DNA of 63,897 bases, counting the filler, from Octopus bimaculoides (lineage: Eukaryota), in the NCBI RefSeq assembly GCF_001194135.2. It is 10 parts of 10 records of this genome, joined end to end, with 100 filler letters (N's around TTAATTAATTAA, not from the genome) between each part and the next. Parts side by side here need not be neighbours in the genome. Positions count along the whole stretch, not along the records: positions 46,610 to 57,495 come from NC_068984.1; positions 57,596 to 62,636 come from NC_069000.1; positions 62,737 to 63,897 come from NC_068985.1; 7 more parts are not named here. One strand, given 5' to 3'. Below the pieces are notes generated by a model that made no database searches, was not told the DNA's origin, and worked only from the letters and a program-made list of their open reading frames with translations. Position 1 is the first letter of the stretch. Every line of letters begins with the position of its first letter. The position numbers and the translations under genes are program-made. Below are positions 53,320-63,897 of this stretch, piece by piece.

Positions 53320-53490
53320 TTGTTTTCAGTTCCAGAACACAAAGAAAACAACGCGAGGACGTGGTACATGTAATGTACTAGCAGACGCTCAGGGAAGGAA
53401 AGAAAGATGGTTTAACATTTCGAGCGGACGCTCTTCTTCGGAAACAGAGGAAAGTCCGACAGAAGGGAAGATGGAGGAAGAAAATCGCCA
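53320..53490 (-). mobile_element. Short hammerhead-like repeat family copy (diverged)
   Basis: Minus strand: GTTT-CCGAAGA-A-GAGC-GTCC-GCTC-GAAAT-GTT-AAAC. Confidence 0.65.
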
Positions 53491-53594
53491 ACGATTCACA
53501 TGTGGTTACATTTGGAATATATATATATATATATATATGTATGTTTATGCAAGAATATATATAAAAAAAAACATTTTTCTTTCTAATTTCTGGT

Positions 53595-53830
53595 ACAATG
53601 CCAGAAGAGTGAAGCATTTAGTGCATATCTGTCCTTACTCTACGAAACGCTTAGTTTAGAATAGGGGCAGCTGATGAAGGAAATGTTCTCTATGTGGGCT
53701 GTCTGTTTTCCTGTGTGTTCCTACCGTTGTCCGAACAAAAGTTTGTTTTCCGTGCTCTGATTATGTTCGCATTTTTCATTTTGTCCACGTTTTTTTGTGA
53801 CGTCCTGTACCCAGATATGCATCTATATAT
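53595..53830 (+). mobile_element. Family E (probable PLE tail)
   Basis: CGAAACGC...GGGGCAGCTGATGAAGG...GACGTCCTGTACCC; shared with 57200-57410. Confidence 0.55.
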
Positions 53831-53915
53831 ACATGTAGATGTAGGTATGTACGTACATGTACGTATATATGCATATACTCACATATTATTTGTATTATTA
53901 TTATTATTATTATAT

Positions 53916-53951
<36 letters not shown>

Positions 53952-54340
53952 GCACATTTACAAGTATATGTATGCAAATAAATAAATANNNNNNNNNNNN
54001 NNNNNNNNNNNNNNNNNNNNNNNNNNNNNNNNNNNNNNNNNNNNNNNNNNNNNNNNNNNNNNNNNNNNNNNNNNNNNNNNNNNNNNNNNNNNNNNNNNNN
54101 NNNNNNNNNNNNNNNNNNNNNNNNNNNNNNNNNNNNNNNNNNNNNNNNNNNNNNNNNNNNNNNNNNNNNNNNNNNNNNNNNNNNNNNNNNNNNNNNNNNN
54201 NNNNNNNNNNNNNNNNNNNNNNNNNNNNNNNNNNNNNNNNNNNNNNNNNNNNNNNNNNNNNNNNNNNNNNNNNNNNNNNNNNNNNNNNNNNNNNNNNNNN
54301 NNNNNNNNNNNNNNNNNNNNNNNNNNNNNNNNNNNNNNNN

Positions 54341-54371
<31 letters not shown>

Positions 54372-54668
54372 TCCTCGCCGATTGTACATCAAGCAACAAG
54401 GAGAACACTGAACAACCCAATCTCTTCCAATAAAGCGTTTTTCGATATTTTACTCAGCAACGATCTATAAGCACTTATTATTATTATTTGGTTTTTTTTT
54501 GTCTTTGATGTTTCTTCAGTTGGAATGCACTGAATGTTATGTATACCTATAATATAATGAAGGGTGAGAACTTACCCTATATTTTCCGAAGGTGGCGAGA
54601 TAAACGTTTGTCAACGACTGTTTGGCAGAAATGAAATAACGTTGGTATGGATAACCAAACATATATAT

Positions 54669-54742
54669 ACAGGAAGTTAGCATAGTACGAGACAGGTAAC
54701 CTCGTTAGCATAGTACGAGGCAGGTAATCTCGTACTTCCTGT
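54669..54742. repeat. 74-bp unit: 9-bp inverted termini enclosing two 28-bp tandem hairpin repeats
   Basis: ACAGGAAGT...ACTTCCTGT; repeat unit TTAGCATAGTACGAG(A/G)CAGGTAA(C/T)CTCG occurs twice. Confidence 0.8.
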
Positions 54743-55248
54743 TAAAAAGGGGAGTGGGGAAGACAGTGGGAGCTTGGCGCGGATAGAACCATAACGAGAC
54801 AGAGCTGCATACGGGTCGGTCCGTTCACCACCTACCTTGAAACCATTGAGACTGGACATAATCTCCATATATGAACATTTACTTCCCTGTTTGAACACTT
54901 TGTTGTTGCGCTCAGAAGTTTACCCCTTTTTCATACATTATTAATTTGTCTGATCGTAACAACTGAAACAGTGATTGGCTTATTCCACCAAATCGGAATA
55001 CAAGCAAATAAATAAGGCACTATCTCACGGCGAAATATACTCGCAATGGTTGTTTCAAATCAGCCACACAAGTTAAAGAACCTCTTGTTAATTTTATAGT
55101 GCTACTATTGCTGTTGTTGGGGGCCATTTGCTGTCCCCCATCTTGTAGTACCATTCTTTTTAAATTCAGGTTTGTGTTATTAAGTAACCCCTCCCTCAAA
55201 CTTACTGGCTTTGTGCCAAAATTTAACATCATTAGTTTTGCGAGTGTT

Positions 55249-55460
55249 AAAGCGGCGAGCTGGCAGAATCGTTAGCATGCCGGGAAACAAACTTAGCGGC
55301 ATTTCGTTCACATTTACGTTGTGAGTTCAAATTCCGTCGAGGTTGGACTTTACCTTTCACCCTTTTGGGGTTGATAAAATAAATAGCAATTAAGCATTGG
55401 GGTCGATGTAATCGATTTATCTCTACCCCGAAGTTTCTGGTTTTGTGCCAAAGTTTAAAG
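55249..55460 (+). mobile_element. SINE family A
   Basis: AAAGCGGCGAGCTGGCAGAATCGTTAGC...GAGTTCAAATTCC. Confidence 0.8.
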
Positions 55461-55509
55461 TCAATATTTCAGCATGATGAGTTTTGACAAGTATATACAT
55501 TAATGCTTT

Positions 55510-55660
55510 TTATATTTTACCTTTTACTTGTAGCATTTGTTGGCATATGGCCATGCTGGGGCACTGCCTTGAAGGATCTAGTTGAACAAATCGACCCCAG
55601 TACTTATTTTTTAATCTGGTGCTTACTCTATTGGCCTCATTTGCCGAAATGCTAAGTTGA
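55510..55660 (-). mobile_element. SINE family B, 3' end, diverged
   Basis: GGCCATGCTGGGGCACTGCCTTGAAG...AATCGACCCCAGTACT. Confidence 0.7.
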
Positions 55661-57199
55661 AAAAGAACATATCGATTTAGGATCAGGCTTTCGTTTCGTT
55701 TGGCGGATAGACATAAGCCATAACATGTATAGTGCAGTTCAAGATATAATTTCTTTCATCAGATTTTGTCTTTTACGTCTACTTAGTTGTAAGAACTTTG
55801 CTGAGAAAGGTTGATTGTCTGGTCATTGTTTAGACAGTTTGTCAGATAATCAAAGTTAAAACACTAGTAGACGGAGTGATATAGTCGGAAAGAGTAAATA
55901 AAGAAGGAAATAAACAAATAACTACATAGCTAAATAAATAAATATATAAAAAATCAGTTCAATAAGGATCAAAATATAGATGATATTAGTGTGTCGGTCG
56001 TGAGAAGAAAATTGTAACGATTCAGACAAGACCCTTCTTTGAGGAATGTCAGTGAGCTCGATGGCTAATTTATTAAGAGATCTTGGTGAATAACCTTGAG
56101 TGATAAATGAAGATAAAGAGGAACTGAAGAAGTAAAGACTAATCTATAAAACATAGACTGTTTTATTGACAACGACAAAACAATGTCTACGGGGGAGGAA
56201 GAGAGGAAGAGGAGAGAAAAGTGTTAGTGATCGAGTAACCTGTTGAGGTGATGCCAGAATAAATAACGAGGACGAGAAAGAAGAAGAGGAGGAAGAAGTG
56301 ATAGAAGATAGTGCAGGAGAAAGGAAAAGAGAAGAATAGGCGAGAATTGTAATGATATATAACGGCTGAAGTCAAAGTTCCTTAAAGGGTTAAGACTAAA
56401 AAATAAAAGAGAAAAAAGAAAAGGAATATAAACAAACGAAAACATAAATAAAATAAAAGTTTCTTGAATTGAGGTCAAAGTTTGAACGTATATCTGAATA
56501 AAATTCTTGAATGGCGATTGGTTCCTAGATATATAAAGTGGAAACAAGTATGTGTTTGTGTATCAATTTGTATATGTATTTTAGTTGCATTATAGTAGTA
56601 GTAGTAGTAGTAGTAGTAGTGGGAGGAGGTGGAGAGAGAATTGAGAGTCAAACTGGATACTTTGTATTGATTTTTCAATAAAATTAATTCTTCTATAAAA
56701 TTAGTTCAATAAAATTAACATAGTATTAATATACTGTTGTCGACCCAAGCAACTAGACTTCCGCTCCAGTTACGTTTAGTAACAATAAGATCAATATATT
56801 TATAAATGTATTGACCAAATAGACGGCATACAAGAAGAACTTACTTGGCGTATGAAACCCGTAACCAAGAAAAAATGGCGTTGTTTTTAAAAGTATAAGT
56901 GCACGAACTCTTTACTGGAATAAAAGTATAGAATTATTTGCTTCGTTGTGTTTATTTAATCAAAAATAATTTTTAAAAAAGGATTTTTCAGTGCAAGCTG
57001 CTGTTGCTGCCGTTGTTGTGTAACTCCAGGTTAGCTGTGATCAAACAGGAAGTGGTTCGAGTGATTAGGCATGACCAACATTATGTTGTTCCGGTTGTAC
57101 CGCGTCTCTGCGTAGCTGAGGTCTACATTGTACACTCCGGCCTGCAAAGATAAATCATATGGGGGTAGCAGAGCGAGTTAGGACATGTATCTGCCGTTT

Positions 57200-57410
57200 T
57201 TTTTTACGGATATAGAAGATATCTTGCCTTCGAAACGCGGAGTAGATGGAACAGGGACAACTGATGAAGGGATATACTCTTTATGTTCCATGTCCCGTTT
57301 TTCTGTTTGTTTCTTTCGTTGTTCGAAAAGAGTTCGTTTTCTGTTTTCGTTTTTGTTTTCGTTTCTCATTGTGTTTAACGTTTTTTGATGTCCTGTACCC
57401 ATATATGCAT
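57200..57410 (+). mobile_element. Family E (probable PLE tail)
   Basis: CCTTCGAAACGCG...GGGACAACTGATGAAGGG...GATGTCCTGTACCC. Confidence 0.55.
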
Positions 57411-57495
57411 GTATGTATATATATAGATGCAGGTATGTACATATATGTATGGATATATGCATATATCTATATATTATTTATATTATACATATATA

Positions 57496-57595
57496 NNNNN
57501 NNNNNNNNNNNNNNNNNNNNNNNNNNNNNNNNNNNNNNNTTAATTAATTAANNNNNNNNNNNNNNNNNNNNNNNNNNNNNNNNNNNNNNNNNNNN
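57496..57595. other. Artificial contig-join spacer
   Basis: 44N-TTAATTAATTAA-44N. Confidence 0.9.
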
Positions 57596-57596
57596 A

Positions 57597-57727
57597 CTAC
57601 TCATTTTTGCCAGCTGAGTGGACTGGAGCAACGTGAAATAAAGTGTCTTGCTCAAGGACACAACGCAGCGCAGTGAATTGAATTCTCGATCGTGAGCCGA
57701 ATGCCTTAGCCACTAAGCCACGTGCCT

Positions 57728-57730
<3 letters not shown>
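57597..57730 (-). mobile_element. C/G-type SINE head
   Basis: Minus strand GTGAAGGCACGTGGCTTAGTGG...CCTTGAGCAAGACACTTTATTTCACG. Confidence 0.8.
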
Positions 57731-57762
<32 letters not shown>

Positions 57763-58214
57763 GTATTATATATATATGTATACGTATATGCATATGTATA
57801 TATATGTGTGTACAAAACGATCGAAAAATAAATATAATCAGCAACAGAGGAAACCTACAACAACAGCAAAAACAAAATACAACCACACTTCACCTCCTAC
57901 AACCAAACAACGAAGACAGAACTATTGGAAAGCCATAACACCAAATAACATAAACCTGACCGAGTGGCAAACTAAAGAAGCAACTCTTTTTTACTAATTT
58001 ATCTAGAAAATATGAAGGCCGACCTAAGCCAGGAGATCCAACGATCTATTTGCAACCATTTATGCAAAACACAAGGATCCCACACCCACCATCAACTGGA
58101 AAATCACACACACATAGCTCCATACAAAAACTACCCTTACTGCTACCTCCGAACAACATAACACATAACACTGAGCTCTTAGAACAATACAAACATCAAG
58201 CTACCCTTGCCTCG

Positions 58215-58960
58215 ACATCCCTGTTAAATGTACGTGGCATTAACCCATCACTCACTGCCCCAAAATGGAAGATCCTAAACACAGAGAGTTGGCTTGCGGA
58301 AACAGCACATTGCATCCCTTTCTTTATCCTTACTGAAACTCACTTAAGCAGCATTCACATGGCTGCCGAGGCGAAATAAAAGATTTCACCATCACCCGTG
58401 CAGATCGCACAGACCGAAATAAAAGGGGAACAGCCATCTATCTCCATGACTCCTTTTCAGTTGATGCCATGAACATATTTTCCAATGGCTACCGTGAATC
58501 CAACAAGGCCAAAGACATAATCATTGTTGGTCTTTGAAGAATGCCTCAACAAAATCAAGTGCTTCCTTCAAAATTACAAATCCGGAAACTTACTAGTGAT
58601 GGGTGATTTTAACCTTCCTCATATAAACTGGCCGACAAATACTCTGAAGTTAGGCAGCAGACAAAGCAGCAGCAGAACTACTCTTTAATCTCATGGATAA
58701 ACTTTTCCTGACTCAGCTAATGCTCGAACAAACAAGACAGAATAAAACGATCTCGGATCTAATATTAACCAACCACTCTAGCTCCGTTCACAGTATTTCA
58801 GTTGGAAAAAAAACTCTCCTCTCAGACCACGACATGATACTCTGAAACTTTAATTTCCGGCATAGTAAAACTAAACCAGCCAATCCCACTCCATTGCACT
58901 TACTTGACAACATAAACTTCCACAAAGCGGACTAGGGAGCAATCAGAAAGGATCTGGATG
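58215..58960 (+). mobile_element. Decayed LINE apurinic endonuclease (APE) domain
   Basis: LLNVRGI...LTETHL...RADRTDRNKRGTAIY...LLVMGDFNLPHINW...DLILTN...LSDHDMI...NFHKAD; stops and frameshifts. Confidence 0.85.
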
Positions 58961-58969
58961 TGTACCTGA

Positions 58970-59103
58970 GCATTTATAACCAAGTGCTTACTGATGCATG
59001 GCGGAATTTGAACTCAGAATTTGAACTCAGAACGTAAAGACAGACGAACTACTGCTAAGTATTTCGCCCGGCGTGCTAACGTTTCTGCCAGCTCACCGCC
59101 TTA
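58970..59103 (-). mobile_element. SINE family A with an internal 13-bp duplication
   Basis: GAATTTGAACTCA twice...CTGCCAGCTCACCGCCTT. Confidence 0.8.
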
Positions 59104-59193
59104 TTATAAATATTTTAGTGTATTTTAATTGTTAATAATTTATACCCATTTTATACTGTTATACATACTAAGTCTTCTTCTTCTTCTTCTTCA

Positions 59194-59266
59194 GGTTACT
59201 GCCTGGAATTGAACTCGGAATCTTGGGGTTAGTAGACCGCGCTCTTAACCACTACGCCATATGCCC
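59194..59266 (-). other. Second tRNA-Arg-derived head (same family as 8478-8550), followed by (GAA)n
   Basis: GGGCATATGGCGTAGTGGTTAAGAGCGCGG...GATTCCGAGTTCAATTCCAGGCAGTAACC. Confidence 0.75.
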
Positions 59267-59418
59267 ATGTGCATATATACAGATGGTCACAAACAGATAG
59301 AACCTATACTGGTGGCGGGTAGGAAGAATCATTTGCTTCATAATTAATTCTGGTTAAAGAAAATGTCAGAGAGAGAAAAGTCAGAAATTTTATCAATTTA
59401 AATCAAACGAATAGTCAC

Positions 59419-59574
59419 TGGCGTGGCTGTGTGGTAAGAAGCTTGCTTCGCAACCGCATGGTTACAGGTTCAGTCCTACTGAGTGGTACCTTGGGTATAT
59501 GTCTTCTACTTTAGCCTCGGCCGACCAAAGCCTTGTGAGCGGATTTGGTAGACGGAAACCGAAAGAAGCTCGTC

Positions 59575-59646
<72 letters not shown>

Positions 59647-59878
59647 CTATGTTTGTCCCCCACTACCGCTTGACAACCAGTCCTGGTGTGTTTATGCCTC
59701 CGTAACTTAACTGTTCGGCAAACAAGCCCCCCACAAAAAAAAAACGATAGAATAAGTACCAGACGTAAAAAGCAAGTCCTAGGGTTGATTCATTCGACTA
59801 AAATTCTTCAAAGTGGTGCCCCAGCATGGCCGCAGTCTAATGACTGAAACAAATGAAAGATAAAAGATAAAAGATAAA
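59419..59878 (+). mobile_element. tRNA-derived SINE family B, full length
   Basis: TGGCTGTGTGG (A box), GGTTCAGTCC (B box), internal (TG)n, 3' AAAAGAT repeats. Confidence 0.9.
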
Positions 59879-60077
59879 CAAAGCAGAGAGGCTGGTTTTG
59901 GCAGTACGATGACACCTCTAGACTTTTTCCAGACTTATTAGATTTTCTCACTGAAGTTTAGTCTTTACTAGCACTGACAGATAAAACTTATATGTTACAT
60001 CATTGTTTTATGCATAAGCACTGAGCACGGAGATTTCGATTAATTGAACACTATTGCTTCACTACATTAAATATGTA

Positions 60078-60387
60078 ACTGGTATTCCGTCGGTTAATAC
60101 GACGTAGGATCAAGTAGATTCGATCAACAGAACAGCCTGCTCGTGAAATTAACATGCAATTGGCTGAGATCTCCACAGACTCTTAACGTAGTTCTCAGGG
60201 ATATTCAGCATGACAGAAATATAAGGCTGGCCCTTTGAAATACAGGTATAACTCATTTTTGCCAGCTAAGTGCACTGGAACAATGTGAAATAAAGTGTGT
60301 TGCTGAAAGACACAACGCCGGTGGGGGTCGAACTCACGACCTGACAACCGAGAACCGAATACCCTAACCACGAAGTTATGCACCTTC
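60078..60387 (-). mobile_element. SINE family G
   Basis: tRNA head plus the D-type 3' module; similar to 32865-33135. Confidence 0.75.
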
Positions 60388-60427
60388 CCAATTAAATATG
60401 TAAGAACTGACCTACCTATATACTTTT

Positions 60428-60740
60428 CATTTTAAAAAATAACATCGACCACTAACGTGGACAATTAATGCGCTAGAAATAGATCACATCTTGTGTCTAT
60501 TAAGACCTAAAATGTTCTCAACATGAAATATAGCAGCATACAAAAAACGTGAGCGGGCAAGACGTTTAAAATCACCTAAAAAATCATTATTAAACAGGAA
60601 CCAGGTTTCGGATTTAACAAATTCTTACCATTTGTCTAATTTCATGTTGAGAACATTTTAGGTCTTAATAGACACAAGATGTGATCTATTTCTAGCGCAT
60701 TAATTGTCCACGTTAGTGGTCGACGTTATTTTTTAAAATG
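60428..60740. mobile_element. Foldback/MITE-like element: 102-bp inverted arms (1 mismatch) and 109-bp spacer
   Basis: 60428-60529 is the reverse complement of 60639-60740. Confidence 0.85.
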
Positions 60741-61031
60741 TACCTTAATCCCCTGAGATTGCAGATAATATTTCTGAATCTCTTTGATTCTTTAAATGTG
60801 CTGGCCTCATGATAATTAATCGATATTAATTAATATATGACTAATTACCAGATTTTATAATAATATATACTTTTCATGTAGACAAATTGTTATCAATCAC
60901 TTTTACATATGGCCACCTTTCATTACTATTCAATTCTAGTGGATCCATACAGCCATTCAATGTTTAAGAACTAGTTTCATCGATGCTTCTTTCAAAATTC
61001 TTATTTTGCACTGACTGAGAATTACAGATAC

Positions 61032-62120
61032 GTTCACCGCAATCAGTTCATCACAGGAGAGTTCAGCATGAAGACGTTTCACCGTGAGGAAAGTTCACAA
61101 TAAGGAAAGTTCAACGCGAGGAAAGTTTACCGAGAAAATACACTCATAGTACCTCGTTAATAATTGAAAACTGTTTGATTGAAAAAAAAAATACCTATTT
61201 TATTAAAAAAAAACAAAACAAAAAACGGTGAATTGATGATGGTGACGTTTTGCTGCGGTGAAATGATGACGGTGAACTTTCCCTGCTGCGAATTGATGAC
61301 GCTAAACTTCCCCAGCGGTGAAATAATGACAGTGAACTGTCCCTGAGGTGAACTGATGACGGCAAACTTGCCCTGCGGTGAATTGATGACACTGAACTTC
61401 CCCAGCGGTGAACTGACTACCGTGAACCTTCACTGCGGTGAATTGATGATGGTAAACTTTCCCTGAGGTGAACTGATGCTGAACTTCCCCAGAGGTGAAT
61501 TGATGACAGTGAACTTTTCCTGCGGGGAATTGATGACAGTGAAATTCCCATACGGTGAACTGATGATGATGAACTTTGCTTACAGTGAATTGATAACGAT
61601 GAAATTCCTCTACGGTGAATGATGACGGTGAACTTCCCCTGCGGTGAACTGATGACGGTGAACTTTCCCTGAAGTGAACTGATGACGGTGAACTTCCCCA
61701 GTGGTAATCTTTCCCTGCAGTGAACTGAAAACGGTGAATAGAGGCCGGTAAACTTTCCCTGTGGTGAATTGATGACGGTGAACTTCCCCTGCAGTGAACT
61801 GATGACGGTGAACTCTCCCCGCGATGATTTGACGACGGTAAACTCTCCCTGTGGTGAATTGATGACGTTTAACTTTCTCTGCCGGACATGCTGACTCAAA
61901 CATAACCGATAAAATGATTGGAAACAAGACGGTGAACTCTCCCTGCGGTGAACTGATGACGGTGAACTTCCCCTGCTGTGAACTGATGACAGTGAACTTC
62001 CCTTGCGGTAATTTGATGACGGTGAACTTCCCCTGCGGTGAACTGATGAGGGTGAACTTCCCTGCGGTGAATTGATGACGTTAAACTTTCTCTGTGGTGA
62101 ATTTGATGACAGTGAACTTG
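61032..62120. repeat. GGTGAAC-based minisatellite (~30-bp unit) with a short inverted block; foldback/Mutator-like terminal array
   Basis: Unit GGTGAACTGATGACGGTGAACTTCCCCTGC at 61226-62120; opposite-orientation copies at 61032-61133. Confidence 0.8.
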
Positions 62121-62480
62121 AAGGCTCTGAATTTACCTTCAAACGAGGAACAAAGTTTAAAATCAAAACCAATTTCTCTTGTTCCTCTGGGAACCTCATT
62201 TATGTCCTCACATGCGCAGGTTGCCAACACTTCTATATCGGACAGACGAGCCTCCCGTTGCGTAGAAGAGTAGCAGTCCATAAAGTACAAATAAATCTCC
62301 CTCAACACCGCCAAATTCCACTCAGTGGCCACATAGACTCTTGCGCCAGAAACAAAACCTTAAATTCCTTATATTCCCTTTCTATCAATGTACAGACAGA
62401 ATCTCCACACAAGAAAGAATCAGCAAGGAGAATCTTTTCATAGAGAAATTCCAACCACTTCTTAACACAGAAACCCCTCA
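62110..62480 (+). mobile_element. Penelope-like (Neptune-type) GIY-YIG endonuclease fragment
   Basis: FKIKTNFSCSSGNLIYVLTCAGCQHFYIGQTSLPLRRRVAVHK; LIY/YIG motif with a Cys linker. Confidence 0.85.
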
Positions 62481-62636
62481 GTGACCTTATTTCTTTAGGA
62501 ACAGACATAAACTTCCTGTTGACAAAGAGTCCATAACTCCAACTAAAGAGATTTGTCTCTCCTTACACACACTTCCTGTTTTGACAACACACTTCCTGCT
62601 TAACACATAAATCTTTAGCCCCTTTTCTCTTTTTTT

Positions 62637-62736
62637 NNNNNNNNNNNNNNNNNNNNNNNNNNNNNNNNNNNNNNNNNNNNTTAATTAATTAANNNNNNNN
62701 NNNNNNNNNNNNNNNNNNNNNNNNNNNNNNNNNNNN
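62637..62736. other. Artificial contig-join spacer
   Basis: 44N-TTAATTAATTAA-44N. Confidence 0.9.
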
Positions 62737-62879
62737 AAAAAATATTAAAATATTCTTCGTTGTTTTTCGACGGGTCTTTGTCTTATCCAGGTGCTTTATT
62801 TTATTTTTCGATTTGGGTATCAAAGTCGGTATCTTCTTGATCTCTTCAACCATCCTCGCTGCTGCTTCGGCATCATATT

Positions 62880-63350
62880 TCCATCGAAGTACCATCGGGG
62901 CGACTGGTATTTACTGCCTTCTTATTCAGTCTTTTCAAAATTTCATTCTTCTCTTTCACGCTTCAGGCAATCTTCCATCTTCTCTGTATCTTCAAGCTTC
63001 ACATTCGGTCTACTCCTTGCTTCGTTTAACGGATGTCTCATCTTTCTTTTCAACACACCATCGGGGCGATAAGGTATGTTCATTCCTTTCCTTCTGTGTA
63101 CTCGTTACTTCGTTCATCGAATCTCTTGTCGATATACCATAGGGACGATATGGCATATTCGTTCATCTTATTACTTCGTTCATCGAACTACTAGTCTTTC
63201 TTTCTACATACCGTCAAAATGTCTGGTATGTTTACTCGTTCCATTCGATCGACCTGTAACCTCGCTCATTAGACATCCCATTCCTCATTCTACACACCAG
63301 GGGGCAACTGGTATGTTCAATCTATTGTCAGCTATTTTTCGGCTGATACC
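62880..63350. repeat. Diverged ~80-bp tandem array (about six units)
   Basis: ACCATCGGGGCGACTGGTAT-like motif at 62891, (62974), 63057, 63136, 63210 and 63296. Confidence 0.7.
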
Positions 63351-63897
63351 ATTCCACAGCCCCCTCCGACGCTACCGCGGCCGACTCTTCCGTTTACGTA
63401 ACTATCACAGCTGGAACGGATTGTTTTATGGGTAAAAAAAAAACAAAATAAAAAACAAAAAAAACAAAAAAAAAAGCCCAAGAAAGGATCACAGCGACGA
63501 TCATTGAGAAATCAGTTAAATCATCTAAGTGTAAAAGTCAGTCAGGTGAGCCACTGATTAACCGGCTGCAAATATGGCTCTTTATCCGCCGCCGGGGTGG
63601 ATAGAAAGGTTAGGACTAAAATGAGCCCGACGTAGATGGGCAACACGCCCGGCTTTGACCTCCAGGCACCACCCCGCCTGGGGGTCACCAGTTTATACGG
63701 CCCCTGGCTACCGTATGTTTTTGAACTTATTAGTTATTTATATATTGCGACACGCAGGCGGCAGTTTCCATGAATACATAGGCAAAATGATCTCCAGGAG
63801 TTGACCCTCGTCTGGGGACAGCAGACATACCTTCACCTTAACTCACTGGTGCATCTTCCAGCCAACGAGGGGCAGTGCATCCACCCAAAGCCAACAG

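Noticed and set aside
54576-54617. Minus-strand micro-exon with a GG|gtaagt donor
   Set aside because: Weak acceptor and an unrecognisable 14-aa peptide
61226-62120. CTGATGA in each array unit as a hammerhead array
   Set aside because: No stem II and no GAAA/NUH; CTGATGA alternates with TTGATGA
61417-62199. 260-aa Ser/Arg-rich ORF on the minus strand
   Set aside because: It is the translation of the 30-bp (10-codon) minisatellite
62880-63350. CRISPR-like repeat-spacer array
   Set aside because: The spacers are homologous to each other, the repeats are heavily degenerate, the context is eukaryotic and there are no cas genes
63340-63352. TGGTATCAG (minus strand) as an LTR primer-binding site
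   Set aside because: No LTR-terminal CA precedes it and it does not match the animal initiator-Met PBS

Overview
Repeat-dense, AT-rich animal genomic DNA with many gaps. The SINE families and microsatellite load suggest a cephalopod (Octopus-like) genome; this is an inference. Nine identical 100-nt spacers (44 N + TTAATTAATTAA + 44 N) show the window is a concatenation of contigs. Almost all ORFs in the supplied track are microsatellite or gap artefacts. The only well-supported host coding sequence is one 59-nt minus-strand Ser/Thr kinase exon (39820-39878, RDLKMENIMLDEKKKNIKIV, HUNK-like); a second possible exon lies at 32229-32278. The rest is several tRNA-derived SINE families, decayed Penelope-like elements (RT and GIY-YIG), LINE fragments (APE, RT, restriction-like endonuclease), a hAT-derived MITE, foldback or inverted-repeat elements and minisatellites. 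The most interesting signal is a set of minimal hammerhead-ribozyme motifs. One follows a tRNA-Arg-derived Pol III head fused just downstream of a Penelope endonuclease ORF. Five more sit in a short dispersed repeat family whose stem I covaries between copies. Repeat boundaries are approximate (+/-10-30 nt) unless stated as exact. SINE family letters are my own working labels.
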